A stretch of 64,000 nt of DNA, from assembly GCA_046290465.1 (NCBI GenBank), contig JBKAGP010000001.1, positions 4,160,001 to 4,224,000 on the forward strand, given 5' to 3'. Below, in pieces: positions 63,601 to 64,000 of the stretch; the stretch's first letter is position 1; the number at the start of each line of letters is the position of its first letter. The stretch is from Planctomycetota bacterium (lineage in GTDB: Bacteria > Planctomycetota > UBA1135 > UBA2386). The translations under genes were made by a program, and so were the position numbers. Below the pieces are notes generated by a model. The model was not told the origin of the DNA. It worked only from the letters and a program-made list of their open reading frames with translations, and did not search any database.

Positions 63601-64000
63601 TCACTCCAGTTCGCGCTGCAGGAAGCGCCGCGCGTAGGTCCATTCCTTGCCGGCGGTGCGCACCGAGACCTCGAGCGTGGCGGCGGCCTCCTCGACCGTC
63701 ATCTCCCCGAAGATGCGCAGCTCGGCGAGGCGCGCCATGCGCGGCTGCAGCTCGGCGAGCCGACGGATCGCGTCGTCGATCTCGACCAGACTGGCGCGCT
63801 GGTCGCGACCGATCATGGCCGTGGTCGAGAGCGTCACCGCCCGCCTGCCGTCGCCGCGCTTGGCCGCGTGCCGGCGGCGCGCGTGGTCGACCAGCACGTT
63901 GCGACACTGGCGCGCGAAGCACGCGCGCAAGAACAGCAGATCGGCCTCCTCGAGCCCCTTCTGCTGCAGCAGGTCGAGCAGCGCCTGGTTCATCAACGCG
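63601..64000 (-). CDS. ECF sigma factor (5' end beyond window)
   Basis: RNVLVDHARRRHAAKRG, LRIFGEMTVEEAAATLEVSVRT...W..AR; directly upstream of the kinase. Confidence 0.88.
   Translation of the reverse strand, partial: ALMNQALLDLLQQKGLEEADLLFLRACFARQCRNVLVDHARRRHAAKRGDGRRAVTLSTTAMIGRDQRASLVEIDDAIRRLAELQPRMARLAELRIFGEMTVEEAAATLEVSVRTAGKEWTYARRFLQRELE

Overview
High-GC bacterial chromosome segment, most likely Planctomycetota (inferred from the ECF sigma/Ser-Thr kinase pairs and the secreted-protein style), spanning the probable replication origin. In order: two secreted proteins with a shared C-terminal domain; a carbamoyltransferase/SxtJ-like pair and an SGNH hydrolase; a complete alternative complex III plus caa3 oxidase operon (actA-G, sco, coxBACD) running into a SNF2 helicase/SWIM pair; a triple inverted-repeat element and a small ORF; an ECF-kinase module; an rbfA-like/rtcB operon behind a hairpin-embedded leader ORF; a HEAT-repeat protein; split transhydrogenase genes; pyrF; bacillithiol genes bshC, bshB1 and bshA interleaved with parA and a degenerate histidine-kinase-like gene; a cysteine desulfurase; dnaA-(oriC)-dnaN-dciA-gyrB with a 20-bp tandem array; two more ECF-kinase modules with secreted proteins; and an unusual MCE system (tandem MCE plus dead trypsin-like domain, fused MlaF-MlaE). 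The best candidates for undescribed systems are the RbfA-like/RtcB module with its leader and the MCE transporter. I recognised no rRNA, tRNA, CRISPR array or transposase. All calls come from reading motifs by eye; no database searches were run.
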